64,000 bases of DNA from NCBI GenBank assembly GCA_022709525.1, contig JAKLIQ010000005.1, positions 71,966 through 135,965 on the forward strand, given 5' to 3'. The stretch is from Candidatus Omnitrophota bacterium (GTDB lineage: Bacteria; Omnitrophota; Omnitrophia; Omnitrophales; Aquincolibacteriaceae). This document shows positions 1 through 10,540 of the stretch, piece by piece. The notes beneath the pieces were generated by a model, which saw nothing but the letters and a program-made list of their open reading frames with translations, did no database searches and had not been told where the DNA came from. Within the stretch, counting starts at the first letter, position 1. Each line of letters starts with the position of its first letter. Made by a program: the position numbers and the translations under genes.

Positions 1-3000
1 ACGTATTTTGCTTGTCGCCCATTTCCGAAAGCCGGATAATTGCGGGGATGGCTTGCGCCCCAAAACGCATGTAAGCCGACTTGCCAAGCGCCTCATTAAA
101 AGAACTCGCCACGCCAAGAACGTCCGTGATTTTCCCGGGAGAATCCGCCTCGGTAAGATACCCGGACTGAACTAGCGCCAAAGCCGCGGCAGCATTTACT
201 TCCCGGTTTTCAAGGTATTTGAGCAGGACGGGAATGGAGCGTTTATCTTTGAGATTGCCCAATGCCTCAATCGCTTGCTTTCGATCGGGCGACCAATAGG
301 TGGATTCCAGTTTCTTGACGAGGGCATCGAATGTTTCCGGGCGGGTCGCCTCAGCCACCTTCGGCGTAACCGCGCCGGAGCTGGAAGATACCCCCGAGCG
401 GCCTGTATTCTCACTCGCTTTGGGTTCTTCCTCGCGCGAAGCGGCGCTGGCCGAGTCCTGATACTTTGGAATATCTTTTTTCGGCGTTTCTTTCTTTTCT
501 TCTTTTTTGGACTGTCCCTGTACGGACTTTGGTTTACGCGCTTCTTCTTTGGATTGAGTCGTCGGGACGTGTTCTTCCGGGACCGATTGCGCCCAGGCCG
601 TACTCTGACTTCCCAAAGCCACTAAAAATGCGAAAGCGATCGAAAGAAGAAAAGACATCGTTTTTCCGCGAAACCACCTTCCCAACAAACCGCCTCCCGC
701 CCGGCTTTTTTCTTGACGGGTTCGCTCCATATAATAATCATGCAGCTTCTCAAGGTCGTGGACATAAGGTTTGCTTTTGTTTTTCTCGGTAAAATTTCTG
801 ACGGCAGCCGCTCTTTTTCCTTCCTTGATCTGGATAAGCGAAGCTAAAAACGATCCGAGCTCGGAAGGCATTTTGTGATCTTCCAGAAATCGGCCGATCG
901 AACGGATCCGCAGTTCCCGCTCGGAGGGAGAAGCGTGATCGGCTGCGCGCAAAAGGACATTGAAAGCGGCGAGGGAACCATTTTCTCGCAAAAGGTCGTC
1001 AAACACGGTCTGGACTTCCGAATCAAGCCCCTTCTCACTCAAAACTTCCTCCGCTTTTGCGACAAACTCGGCGGGAAATTTAACGGCCACCCTGCCAAGC
1101 GCATGCCTTAATAGTTCACTCATATCGGTAAGGTCTTTATCCAGCTTTGCGAGCTTTTCGGCGGCCCGCGCCTTGGATAGTTTTTCCTTCTCGTCAAGTT
1201 CCCTGGCTTTACGCTCATGTTCAAATTCCACCGCTAACTGTTTCGAAAACGGGACGACAAGTTCCGGTCCGAGGTCACGGCCGCGAATTGCTTTTTGCAT
1301 ATCCCGGACCCGGATGAGCGACATTTTGACATCAAGATCGCTGATTTTTCGGAGCATTTCCTGCGCTTCCTGATTTCCCGTAACGGCGATTTGCATCAAC
1401 TGATTGCGATCAATCAGGGCGTTGTTCACGGAGGCCCTATAGAGGTCGGAAAAGATCGAGATCGTTTCGGGAGTCAAAAGAAGAGCCGCCGCTTTCTGCC
1501 AGATAGGCAAACCAATTTCCGGCCTTTCCTCCGGCGCTAGCCCCTTGGTTTTTGCTTCTTTATAAGGACCTACCGCTTGTTCATAATCGTAGTCGCCATT
1601 TAGCAGAAGAAGGACATCCGCTGCGATTTTAACGCCTTTTAATGAGAGAAGAATTTCCGCAGCTTTCTGTCGTATCGGACCATGCCCGGCATGCATCAGA
1701 AATTCAAGATCAAGAGCGAAGGCCGGGGAATTTCTATCCTGATCCGTAAGCGTATTTGTCTGAAGTCTTTCTCGAAAAGCGCTGAGCTCGTCCCATTTAC
1801 GCTGGCGAGCGTCTTCCGCAGTTTCGCGTTTAAATTGGTTTTGGAGTTGTTCCCGAACATTCGCTTCAAGCTCGCGAATCAGACGCGCGTAGGGTGCGCC
1901 TAGCCGTTTGGCGGATTCATGAAGAATTCTGATCTTTTCAGCGTCCTCACGATTGCTTTTCAGATACGCTTCGAGTCGCTTACGCGCCTCCGTTTTCAGA
2001 TCATCAACCCGGCTTTTAACCGCGAACTTAAGCAGGCTTCTTAAGCCGGTTCTGTCCTCAGAAATTCCGTTCAAATCCACATCGTGATCGCCATAGCTGA
2101 TAATTTCATCGATCCAGTCTCCAAGACCTAGGCCGCGCATCAGCCAGTGTTCAGCATCGCGATGATGAAAAAATCTTAGTTTTTCGTAAAAGGGATAACC
2201 CCGCTCGCTCAGGAAACGTCCCATGAGACGGGCCGCTTCCTGCTGGACGTGCGGATTCCGGCTAACCACCAAATCATATAGCGCCGTACTGATTTCGTCG
2301 GACGCAAGCAATTCATTGGGGTTCTTGTCGTAGTGTTGAAGCGCTCTCATCATGGCTTCCGGTTGACCGTGCTGCAATACGGCAAGCCTCGGGTCAGGCT
2401 CTTGATCTAAGCGAACGCTTGTTGGTTCAACCCGATATTGCCACAGCCTTGCGAAACCGCGCCGGTAATTGAAAGAATCGATTTCGTCCGGGAATAAACT
2501 TAAAAACTCGAAATCAAGCGCCTCTTGCTTTTCCTGATAGGCATCCGGTCCGGATTCCGAAAGGGCTGGATCCCCCGAATAATTCTGGTCCCGAAACGGC
2601 TGAACCGCTCCCCGATAGGCGTCGTGATAAGTTCTCTGAAAATGGCCGGCCAAAGGATAAAAATTCGAAACAAAGCCTGCCCACACTTCCATGAAATGAT
2701 GATCCCCGGCATACAGAACGAGCCGTTTCACGGCTTCGTCCATAATTTGAGAAGCAACGTCCTGATCTGGAATCATGAAATCAGGACGAAGATTTTGTGG
2801 AAGTTCCATCCCGTCAGGGTGGGTGATACCGTTCCACGGAAGCTGGAAAGCTTCGAGAAAAAGAATCGGCTTCCCTTCCCGTCTTGCGACAAAAGCGTAG
2901 ATATTGCCAACCCAAGCGCCTCTGGAATTGATCACCCTGAAATTGAGAAAGTCCGGAGAAAGCAAGTGTTTCGTAAGGTATTGATTGAAAGGCGATTCGG

Positions 3001-6000
3001 GATGAACGGGCGGCATCGCGCCGAGAGCGCAGTTGGTGCAGTCGCCAGAAAGATAACCGCGGATGAGGTCTTCGGCATTTCCTTCGGAAAGAACTAAATT
3101 GTAGTTTTCTCCGGCCGCCGAGAAAGGAATCGAATTTCCGGACTCGTCAAAACCGGAATTAACTCCAAGCCTCTTCAGGAGATCTTTGAAACCGGCATAC
3201 TGCTTATCTCCCTCCAATCCTTTGGAAACGCTGCCATGCGTTTCAATCAATTCGATAACACGCGCAAACGGAGAATCGGGGCCGGCTTCTTTGAGGCGCG
3301 CTAGAAGCTGTGTTTCAATATCGCTTTTGGAAAGATGAAAAACGGCAGATAGGTGCTGCCAAAACCCGGGAGAAACTCGTTCCTGTAAAATCTTTTTGAG
3401 TTTCTCCTGCATGGTTTCGGCCGGAGGGGCACGTTCTCTCTGACGGGCCTTCTCGATTTTTTCTGTCGCTTCAAAAAATTCCGTCCGAATCTTTCCGACC
3501 GAGACGTTCAGATCTTCTTCGAACTGCTTAAGCTCCGGCTCAAGCGCCTGAAACCGGGCTTGAAACTCTTTTAATTTGATTTCCATTTCCTCGGCGCTTC
3601 CCGAAACCTGAGTAATCTCTTGAAGCAGCGAATCGAATTTTTGTTTGGCGCTCATGAGTTTCTGGTTGCGTTCGAGTTTCTTCGCCTCAGAGATTTTGCT
3701 TCTAATGTCTAAAATTCCTCTTTCGAGTTCGCGCTCGGGATGATGAAGCGCTTCAAGTAAGTCGGCGTATAAGGAAGTCATTTTTTCGAGCTCGGCTTGA
3801 ATCGCGGAAATCTCGCCTTCTTCGTTTGCGCCCGTAAGTTTTCGAAGTCTTTCGCTGAGGGCCTTAAAGGCGTTCTCAGCGGACGACATTTTTCGTTCTT
3901 TGTCCAGCCGGATCGTTTCCTTCTCTAATACTTTCGACCGCACTCTCTCGATATCATCACCGAGCGGATCAAAATCAAGGCCGGAAAAGCGCGTCTTTAG
4001 CGAAGAAAGTTCTTCTTCGAAACGATCGAGCCGGTCAAGATCGGTCAGGGTTTGAAGTGCTCCGAGAAAATCAGTTTCCTTTTGCGCAAGGTCCGCTTTT
4101 TTTCTTTTTTCATTTTTGTCTTGGGTTACCGAATCTTGCACCAGCCGAAGCGCTTCATGCGCTTCGTCTTTGAGACGCGCAAGTTCAGGGTTGGTCTCTG
4201 TCCCCGCTTCCGAATCAATTCGGAGAAGCGCATTTTCAAGTTCACGGAGCTTTTCTTCATCCTCTGCCATAGCTCGAAAACTCAATTTGCGGATAAATTC
4301 AAGATAGCGCGCTTTGTGAGCCGCTGCATGCGCCGTCCTGGATTGATTCTTAAGACTCTCAAGTTCCTCCTTAAGTTGTTGGGTGTCTCGCTGAAGCTCA
4401 TCGCGGGTTGCTTTAAACTGAGTGATTTCCTCGTGAAGCGCATTCTTTTGCTCTCCGAGCGATTTGAGAGCTTGCAGCAGTTCTTCTGTTTCTTTCTTAA
4501 TTTGATCCCGCACCTGTGTAAGAGACTTCAATTCCTCCTCAAGCAATCCAATCTCCTGAGCTAACCGGTTTTTTTGAAGTTCTAATACCTGAAGGTCTTG
4601 AGCGATATCTGTGATTTTTCCACGATCTTCGATCTCGCGTTCTGCTTTTCTTTTGAGTTCGAGCTTCTCCGCGAGCTCATTTTGGAGAGATCCAATACGC
4701 TCCTCATACTGCCGGACATCCTTTTGGGCCTGATCCGCTTTTGTTTTCACCTGCGCTTCAAGGGAAGCTATTTGATCTGTGAGGTCTTTCACCCTTGATT
4801 CGAGCGCTTCGACTTCCGTGTCGCGTCCGGCTTTGGTTTGAGCCAGCTCATCCAACTTTTTTTTGAGCGCATCGAACTCGGTTTGAAGCGTGGAATAGTC
4901 TATGGATTTGGCGGCAAAATCGGATTTGAGAAGCTCAAGCTTGGCGGAAATATCATCTCTTTGACGAGCGAGTTCCTGATTCGACGCGGCGATAGAATCA
5001 TGAAGCGTGCGCATGCCTTCCATTTCTTTTGTAAGCCGATCTTTCGCGGGCTCAAGGCTTCGAATAACTCCGATGAGTTCGCGGGCGCGGAGGCGAAGCC
5101 TCGAAAGAAGCGTTTTCATTTCCTCTGTCCTTTGCGTGAGCGCTTCCTCGTCTTTGCTGAATTTTGTTGCCGGCGGCTCCGGCGCCCGCGGAGCGACCGT
5201 CTCTTTCTCAGGCGCCTCTCTCACAGGAATGCCAACGTCAAGCGCTTGATCCGCTTCCTTACCCTTTTCGAGCAATTTATTCATTTTCTCAGCATCATCG
5301 GCAGGAAGAGTTTTGGTAAAGCCGGAATCAGGATGAAAATAATAAGCCCGTCTTCCGATAGGACTTTGCGTGCCGGGCTTGACATTCAAAAGACCAAGCG
5401 AAGTAAGATCTTTTCTTAAGGTCGGATCGCTCAAACCGTAATGGCCGTATCTTTCGTGATACGCATTAAGCTTTCCTGAACGCTCAAGAAGTTTACGGAA
5501 CGCTTTTAGCGAAAACACGGGGAATGCATTTTCGTTTTCCTGAATCACTTCCCGGATCGTTTCTTTTCTCAGGCGGATTCTTGTCCGCTCTGCGATACGA
5601 GAGGGTTCCAGGCTTGGAGTTTCGGATACTTTTTCTTGCTGAACAGCCGTCTCTTGAGCCGGTATTTCGCCAATCGGTTCGTGGGATTCGAGTTCCGCCG
5701 GCTGAGCGGGCATCCCCTCCAGGGAAGCGCCGGAAATTTGAGATTTTGCCGGTAATTCGGGCGTTTTTTGAGTCTCAGCTGCGGAACGCTCGGACGTTGG
5801 AAGCGACGCCTTTTCTTCAAACGCTGGAATTTTTTCCGCGAAAGGCACGCCCTCTTCAAGATGTTTCAGAATCGAACGCTCGAGCCCGCTTATTTCGTGC
5901 GTTAAATCGGAGAAAATGAAGTTTAACTCGGGAAAATTAAACTCCTCGAGCGTTTCCTGAATGCTGACGAAATACGAACTGATTCTTTGATGCAATGTTT

Positions 6001-8860
6001 CTTCAAGAGCCTCGGCTCTTTGGTTGATTTCGCTCGCCTTCTGCGTTAACGGGATATCCTCGATATCTTTTTTTGTCTTTTGCGCTTCGCGAAAAATCGA
6101 GCGGGCTATGTCATCGATTTGTCGTTTTGCTTCGTTAGCCTTTTGCTTAATCTTCTGATTAGCTGCGTCTTCGAGTTTAGACAACATCTGAGATTTGATC
6201 TGGGAAAGAGCCTGGTACTGCCGATTCAGATCGTCATAATAAGCCCGGAGATTTGCAGCCGTTTTAAAATCCTCGATTTCGGGAAGTACAGCTTCTAATT
6301 TCGGAGCCATACTTTCATCGAATGTTTTTTTGATTGCGGTTAGCTTCTCCCAAAGCGCGCGGGGTGAAAGCGTCAACGGCAAAGCATTCATCAGGTTCTC
6401 TTGTTCCTGGCCCATCCGGACGATTTCTTCTCGTAACGATTTAAGGCGTTCCTGTATCGCATCCACTTTGGCTTTGACCTTATTTTCTTTCGCATTCGCT
6501 ATAAATTTTCGGATGCCCTGCGCAAGCTCATTTCCAAGCGCCGCCGGTCCTGCCTCTGCGGCACGCGCTAACGGAGTTTGGAGAGGGTCTTGCTTTACAG
6601 GAAGCGGAACTTCTTTGGATCCCTTTTGAGGTTCAGCGCGATTTTCAGGAGCGGGAGCTTCAGTTTTTGGAATTTCTCCCGTGTTTTTCGGAAGCGCTCT
6701 TGCTTCCTCCGGTTTTTTAAGATCCGTCTCATGAACTTTTTCACCTGTTTTTTCGGGAAGCTCGGAAGCCGTTTCCGGCTGCGTGATCTGGGAAGTCTCA
6801 AGCACGAATTTTCCGTCTTGGACTTTGACAGTGCCGCCCTTCAGAAGCTTTAAATTCATACCCTGAATAATGCCATCCTCACTCATCACCAGTTTCCCGG
6901 ATCGATCTTGGAACTGAAAAAGTCCCTTTTCCTGGCTGTATTCGGCTTGCATGTCCGGAAATTTCATCGACACCCGTCCGTCCGTATGAAAGCTAATCGT
7001 AAATGAAGCGGGAAGTTCGAAGCGGAATCCGAGCAAAAGGAAAGTTTGTCGCGATTCCAGGGTAGCATGAAGACCTGTTTGTGTCTCAAATTCCACAGCG
7101 CCATATGCGCTTGAACCTTCTACCTTGGTTTTTTGCGGAGTGACTGCCTTAAAAGTTCCTTTCGCCTCATCGTTTTCAATCGTGGTGCCGTGCGCAAATG
7201 TTATCCAAATGCCGTCTTTACGCTCAATGCGCGGTCTTTTATCGTCGGCCCTGACTTCCGAACGGTTCACGATACCGAAATCACTGGCGAGCGAATAAGC
7301 CGTCTTCGGTTGAGGCGGCTGATTTCCTTGGGAAACAAATTGGTTCCACCTTTGCAACATTTGAGCCAACAAAGAAACCTGTTGTTTAGGGCTTGTTTGA
7401 ACTTCCTTTTGATCTTTTTTGCCAAGAAACCGATCGATATCGAGGAATGAAATCAGATCCCGAATCCGTGAATCGAGATAGGCTCTTTGAGCGCGTTCAA
7501 GCTCTTGTCTTAACGCGGGATAAATGGGAGACCCTAAAGTCGCGGGCATTCTAAGGGCGGACTTTAATTTCTCGCGGAGCATGCGTTCGTATTCTTTGCC
7601 GGCATTTTTCTCGATCGCGGGGATGGCAGGTGAAATAAGCGCTCGCGATATACCTTTCGCTTCGAAAAGCTCCCCTAAATGCTTCGAGTGAAATCCGCCC
7701 GTGATAAGAACCGCTTTCTTCGGGTGCTTTTCTCTTAGAATTCGCTCGATATTTTTAATGAACGCATGATCTCTTTTTCCGGCGAGATCGTAGAACTTAA
7801 GAAAAACGTCCTTTTCCTTCTCAAGAAACGCTGCTGCTTTCTCAAGATTCCCAAAGAAATGATTTCCGCTGATCGTTTCAAGCTCAGCGGCGAGTTTTCC
7901 CGCGTCATACGAAGCCGGATTATTCCGAATCCCTTCAAACTCATCCGAAGTAAGCTCGAGTGAAAAAAGTTTTCTGAGCAGTCGAATGGTTTCACTGATC
8001 TGAAAGAGCCGCTTCGCGGGAGCGTCCGTTAAGAATTCACTTCTGACTTTGTTTTCAATTTCAGTAAGTTCCCGAAAAAATTTGCTCTGGTCGAAGCCGG
8101 AAGGGGCAATTCCTTTTTCAGGATTGGAAAGTTTGTTCCATTCTGCGAAGGAGGCAGTTTCGATTTTCTTTTTCTCGGCTCTGGTTCTTAATTGAAACAG
8201 ATATTGGAGGAGATCACCTTCGCCATCCTGCCAGCGCTCACGCATCCTTTCAAGTTCACGGAACTCGGCGGGGTACAGTTTCGCCTGGAGTGTTCTGATC
8301 TGGCCTTCGATTTGCGAAAGATTCTTTAAAGCAGCTTCTTTTCTTCTTAAAGCTTTTAAATAAACTTCCGCATTTTCACGATAAAGCGCTTCATCCTCGA
8401 TTCCAACGAGTTCCAGTGCGTAATCGCTTGCAAGCTGAAGGTATTCTTCTCCCGCGATCTTGCCCTGCCTTAAAAACCTCTCGGCGACATTACTGCGGAC
8501 GCTTTTGGCTGCGACCTTTCGAAGGGCCGTTAAGCTGACAGTTCCAGACCCTCCTTCGACCAAAACAAGCGATATGTTTTCTTTCCGGATCAGCGTCTCA
8601 AGGATCCGAGCCAGATTCGCCTGCGCGTCATAAACCGCGTGAGCATCCTGAATGTGATAGATCCATGGGGTTTTACCGTTTCCCCGGATTTGGATCTCAT
8701 CGACGCGGCCGATTTCCTGGGAGAGATAAGAAAGCGGTGGAAGTGTTGCGCTGGGAAGTCTCATTGCTCCCTGATTGGCAAAACCGGCATCTTGCACAAC
8801 CATAGTAAAAACGAGCAAAACCGCAATGACTTTTGTCCACAGAGAGGTCAAAATCTTCAT
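1..8860 (-). CDS. Giant secreted or membrane-anchored coiled-coil and HEAT-repeat protein. It is partial: at least 2,953 aa lie in the window and the C-terminus lies beyond position 1.
   Basis: I translated the minus strand by hand from ATG at 8860..8858 (MKILTSLWTKVIAVLLVFTMVVQDAGFA, signal-peptide-like) and met no stop codon through position 1. It is absent from the supplied ORF track because no stop occurs in the window. There are long E/K/L/Q-rich heptad-like stretches. A second hydrophobic segment (TMSFLLSIAFAFLVALGS) lies near nt ~650. HEAT/PBS-lyase-like repeats (RSIPVLLKYLEN...AAALALVQSG) lie near nt 1-300. Confidence 0.7.
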   Translation of the reverse strand, partial: MKILTSLWTKVIAVLLVFTMVVQDAGFANQGAMRLPSATLPPLSYLSQEIGRVDEIQIRGNGKTPWIYHIQDAHAVYDAQANLARILETLIRKENISLVLVEGGSGTVSLTALRKVAAKSVRSNVAERFLRQGKIAGEEYLQLASDYALELVGIEDEALYRENAEVYLKALRRKEAALKNLSQIEGQIRTLQAKLYPAEFRELERMRERWQDGEGDLLQYLFQLRTRAEKKKIETASFAEWNKLSNPEKGIAPSGFDQSKFFRELTEIENKVRSEFLTDAPAKRLFQISETIRLLRKLFSLELTSDEFEGIRNNPASYDAGKLAAELETISGNHFFGNLEKAAAFLEKEKDVFLKFYDLAGKRDHAFIKNIERILREKHPKKAVLITGGFHSKHLGELFEAKGISRALISPAIPAIEKNAGKEYERMLREKLKSALRMPATLGSPIYPALRQELERAQRAYLDSRIRDLISFLDIDRFLGKKDQKEVQTSPKQQVSLLAQMLQRWNQFVSQGNQPPQPKTAYSLASDFGIVNRSEVRADDKRPRIERKDGIWITFAHGTTIENDEAKGTFKAVTPQKTKVEGSSAYGAVEFETQTGLHATLESRQTFLLLGFRFELPASFTISFHTDGRVSMKFPDMQAEYSQEKGLFQFQDRSGKLVMSEDGIIQGMNLKLLKGGTVKVQDGKFVLETSQITQPETASELPEKTGEKVHETDLKKPEEARALPKNTGEIPKTEAPAPENRAEPQKGSKEVPLPVKQDPLQTPLARAAEAGPAALGNELAQGIRKFIANAKENKVKAKVDAIQERLKSLREEIVRMGQEQENLMNALPLTLSPRALWEKLTAIKKTFDESMAPKLEAVLPEIEDFKTAANLRAYYDDLNRQYQALSQIKSQMLSKLEDAANQKIKQKANEAKRQIDDIARSIFREAQKTKKDIEDIPLTQKASEINQRAEALEETLHQRISSYFVSIQETLEEFNFPELNFIFSDLTHEISGLERSILKHLEEGVPFAEKIPAFEEKASLPTSERSAAETQKTPELPAKSQISGASLEGMPAQPAELESHEPIGEIPAQETAVQQEKVSETPSLEPSRIAERTRIRLRKETIREVIQENENAFPVFSLKAFRKLLERSGKLNAYHERYGHYGLSDPTLRKDLTSLGLLNVKPGTQSPIGRRAYYFHPDSGFTKTLPADDAEKMNKLLEKGKEADQALDVGIPVREAPEKETVAPRAPEPPATKFSKDEEALTQRTEEMKTLLSRLRLRARELIGVIRSLEPAKDRLTKEMEGMRTLHDSIAASNQELARQRDDISAKLELLKSDFAAKSIDYSTLQTEFDALKKKLDELAQTKAGRDTEVEALESRVKDLTDQIASLEAQVKTKADQAQKDVRQYEERIGSLQNELAEKLELKRKAEREIEDRGKITDIAQDLQVLELQKNRLAQEIGLLEEELKSLTQVRDQIKKETEELLQALKSLGEQKNALHEEITQFKATRDELQRDTQQLKEELESLKNQSRTAHAAAHKARYLEFIRKLSFRAMAEDEEKLRELENALLRIDSEAGTETNPELARLKDEAHEALRLVQDSVTQDKNEKRKKADLAQKETDFLGALQTLTDLDRLDRFEEELSSLKTRFSGLDFDPLGDDIERVRSKVLEKETIRLDKERKMSSAENAFKALSERLRKLTGANEEGEISAIQAELEKMTSLYADLLEALHHPERELERGILDIRSKISEAKKLERNQKLMSAKQKFDSLLQEITQVSGSAEEMEIKLKEFQARFQALEPELKQFEEDLNVSVGKIRTEFFEATEKIEKARQRERAPPAETMQEKLKKILQERVSPGFWQHLSAVFHLSKSDIETQLLARLKEAGPDSPFARVIELIETHGSVSKGLEGDKQYAGFKDLLKRLGVNSGFDESGNSIPFSAAGENYNLVLSEGNAEDLIRGYLSGDCTNCALGAMPPVHPESPFNQYLTKHLLSPDFLNFRVINSRGAWVGNIYAFVARREGKPILFLEAFQLPWNGITHPDGMELPQNLRPDFMIPDQDVASQIMDEAVKRLVLYAGDHHFMEVWAGFVSNFYPLAGHFQRTYHDAYRGAVQPFRDQNYSGDPALSESGPDAYQEKQEALDFEFLSLFPDEIDSFNYRRGFARLWQYRVEPTSVRLDQEPDPRLAVLQHGQPEAMMRALQHYDKNPNELLASDEISTALYDLVVSRNPHVQQEAARLMGRFLSERGYPFYEKLRFFHHRDAEHWLMRGLGLGDWIDEIISYGDHDVDLNGISEDRTGLRSLLKFAVKSRVDDLKTEARKRLEAYLKSNREDAEKIRILHESAKRLGAPYARLIRELEANVREQLQNQFKRETAEDARQRKWDELSAFRERLQTNTLTDQDRNSPAFALDLEFLMHAGHGPIRQKAAEILLSLKGVKIAADVLLLLNGDYDYEQAVGPYKEAKTKGLAPEERPEIGLPIWQKAAALLLTPETISIFSDLYRASVNNALIDRNQLMQIAVTGNQEAQEMLRKISDLDVKMSLIRVRDMQKAIRGRDLGPELVVPFSKQLAVEFEHERKARELDEKEKLSKARAAEKLAKLDKDLTDMSELLRHALGRVAVKFPAEFVAKAEEVLSEKGLDSEVQTVFDDLLRENGSLAAFNVLLRAADHASPSERELRIRSIGRFLEDHKMPSELGSFLASLIQIKEGKRAAAVRNFTEKNKSKPYVHDLEKLHDYYMERTRQEKSRAGGGLLGRWFRGKTMSFLLSIAFAFLVALGSQSTAWAQSVPEEHVPTTQSKEEARKPKSVQGQSKKEEKKETPKKDIPKYQDSASAASREEEPKASENTGRSGVSSSSGAVTPKVAEATRPETFDALVKKLESTYWSPDRKQAIEALGNLKDKRSIPVLLKYLENREVNAAAALALVQSGYLTEADSPGKITDVLGVASSFNEALGKSAYMRFGAQAIPAIIRLSEMGDKQNT

Positions 8861-9201
8861 GCGGACCTCCACACGGCTTCAAGGCATTTGATTTCTCTTG
8901 AAAGAGGAAAAAATGCGAAATGATCAGACACTTTGCTCTGAATTCGTGCCGAATCTTTTTTGGTTTTGAGGAACGCACGGGCATTCTGAATGTGGTAAAC
9001 AACGAAAGATCCGGCTTTAAAGACCGGGGAGAAAATTTTCTCGACTTGGCCAAACCCGAAAAAAGACGGATAGACGGACTGCTCGACCGACGAGCCAAGA
9101 GAAGCGGGATTGGCCCACAGGATATCGGGAGAAAACAAGCTAACGATCAAAAAGAAGGAGAGAAAACGAAAACGTGATCTCACCCAGCCAAAAGCATTCA
9201 C
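8857..9201 (-). CDS. Small secreted protein, paralogous to the N-terminal ~100 aa of the giant protein.
   Basis: 114-aa ORF with an N-terminal signal-like hydrophobic segment. SVYPSFFGFGQVEKIF...VVYHIQNARAF aligns with giant-protein LSYLSQEIGRVDEIQI...WIYHIQDAHAV. Its stop overlaps the giant-gene start in an ATGA arrangement. Confidence 0.5.
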   Translation of the reverse strand: MNAFGWVRSRFRFLSFFLIVSLFSPDILWANPASLGSSVEQSVYPSFFGFGQVEKIFSPVFKAGSFVVYHIQNARAFLKTKKDSARIQSKVSDHFAFFPLSREIKCLEAVWRSA

Positions 9202-9275
9202 AAAAAACCTGTGAGAAACGGAAGTTTGAATTGTCCGCTAAGCTTTTGGACCTAGACGGAACCTTCACGCTTCTA

Positions 9276-9329
9276 GCTGGGTGTTTATTTAGCTGGGTAT
9301 TTCTTTACTACGCTGGGTGTTTGCTGGGT
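9276..9329. repeat. Array of four direct GCTGGGT(G/A)TTT repeats, spaced 16, 20 and 11 bp, upstream of the giant-gene operon. Inverted copies (ACCCAGC) sit at 9182-9188 and 9639-9645.
   Basis: Seen directly: gctgggt at 9276, 9292, 9312 and 9323. The reverse-complement motif cgcacccagct at 9636-9646 recurs identically at 35398-35408. Confidence 0.6.
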
Positions 9330-9710
9330 TAACTTTAAAACTTTTTTTAAAAAATTTCCGTTTTTTTCAGAAACGAACAACCGAAATATAACCGCACATT
9401 TCTACGCCGTCAAGATTTTGATGCAAAATAATTTTTTTTCTAGCTTTTCCGGTGCTTTTAAAATCGCGAAACTCTCGGGCTAAAAAAGTTTATAAAGTCT
9501 CTGTCCTGGTTCAATATCAACCGCTTTCTTTCATATTCTTCTGCGATTTATAGCAATTTTTACCGACCCCGGCACTATTCAAACCCGTTTTGATCGGGTA
9601 TCTTTCTATTAGGAAGAAAAAACGGCTAGATGGCGCGCACCCAGCTAAGGACGCAACCACCAGGGTCTTCGGCCGGAAGACCTTTTCGCCGCCTTAATCT
9701 TCAAATCATT

Positions 9711-9953
9711 TCAAAGAATTTTCCGCTGTTTAAAAAATTTGGAGATTATTTCTTTTTCGTCAACGGAGAGTTTGAGCAATCCTTTTTCAACGAGGTCAAT
9801 ATCCTCGTACGAAATCCCCGTCTTTACCGCGAGCTCAATCAAGGTAACGCCCCGTTTTTTTCGCCGCTGTGTTAACAACTCGCCATAGTCCTTCGTTAAA
9901 TCTCTCCGGACCTTCCACTGCGGTGCTGATGCAAGCATTTCACATAAAGACAT
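9711..9953 (-). CDS. Small XRE-family helix-turn-helix regulator.
   Basis: 80-aa ORF. GVTLIELAVKTGISYEDIDLVEKG is a typical HTH_XRE helix pair. AT-rich context. Confidence 0.55.
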   Translation of the reverse strand: MSLCEMLASAPQWKVRRDLTKDYGELLTQRRKKRGVTLIELAVKTGISYEDIDLVEKGLLKLSVDEKEIISKFFKQRKIL

Positions 9954-9976
9954 TCCTTGCTCCTTTGGATCGAATT

Positions 9977-10438
9977 TTAAAGTTCTTCGGTGTTGGCTTG
10001 CTTTTCAACTTGAGTCCCGGTCTTTAAACTTTGATGGATTTCAAAAAAGCCTGGGACATTAAAAATCTTGCGTATTTTTAAAATAAGGTCTTTGGCTTTG
10101 CAACGCTCCTGTTCATCCCCCAAATCAAAATAACGCTTCAAAGAGCTTGCGAGCTCGACCCAGCAGACCAATGCCTCAGATGAAATCAGCGAGAGCCTCT
10201 GCACGAAAGATCCGCCCTTCTCAAAAATCGAAGCCAACACGATTTGTTTGATGGTTTTCAGTTCCGAAGGACAAACATCAAGAAGCTTTGAGATAAAATC
10301 CGTGGCTTGAAGAATACGGTCTATGCCGGGCGATGAAAAAACCCGGTCAACCCAATGGGCCCATTCCACGGCCTCTTCGTAAAGCAACGCTGATCCACGG
10401 AGTTTTTCGATCTCAACAACCATAAATCTCCCCGCCAA
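9977..10438 (-). CDS. Hypothetical protein.
   Basis: 153-aa ORF, 24 bp downstream of the next ORF in the same orientation. No recognisable motif. Confidence 0.4.
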   Translation of the reverse strand: MAGRFMVVEIEKLRGSALLYEEAVEWAHWVDRVFSSPGIDRILQATDFISKLLDVCPSELKTIKQIVLASIFEKGGSFVQRLSLISSEALVCWVELASSLKRYFDLGDEQERCKAKDLILKIRKIFNVPGFFEIHQSLKTGTQVEKQANTEEL

Positions 10439-10540
10439 GTTCCGCTTCTACCGCCGCTCTTATCCGTTTCGCGGAAAGTTTAAACCAGCGACAATATTTT
10501 TTGATTTTCCAACTCAAACCTTTTGATCCTTTTTGATGGC

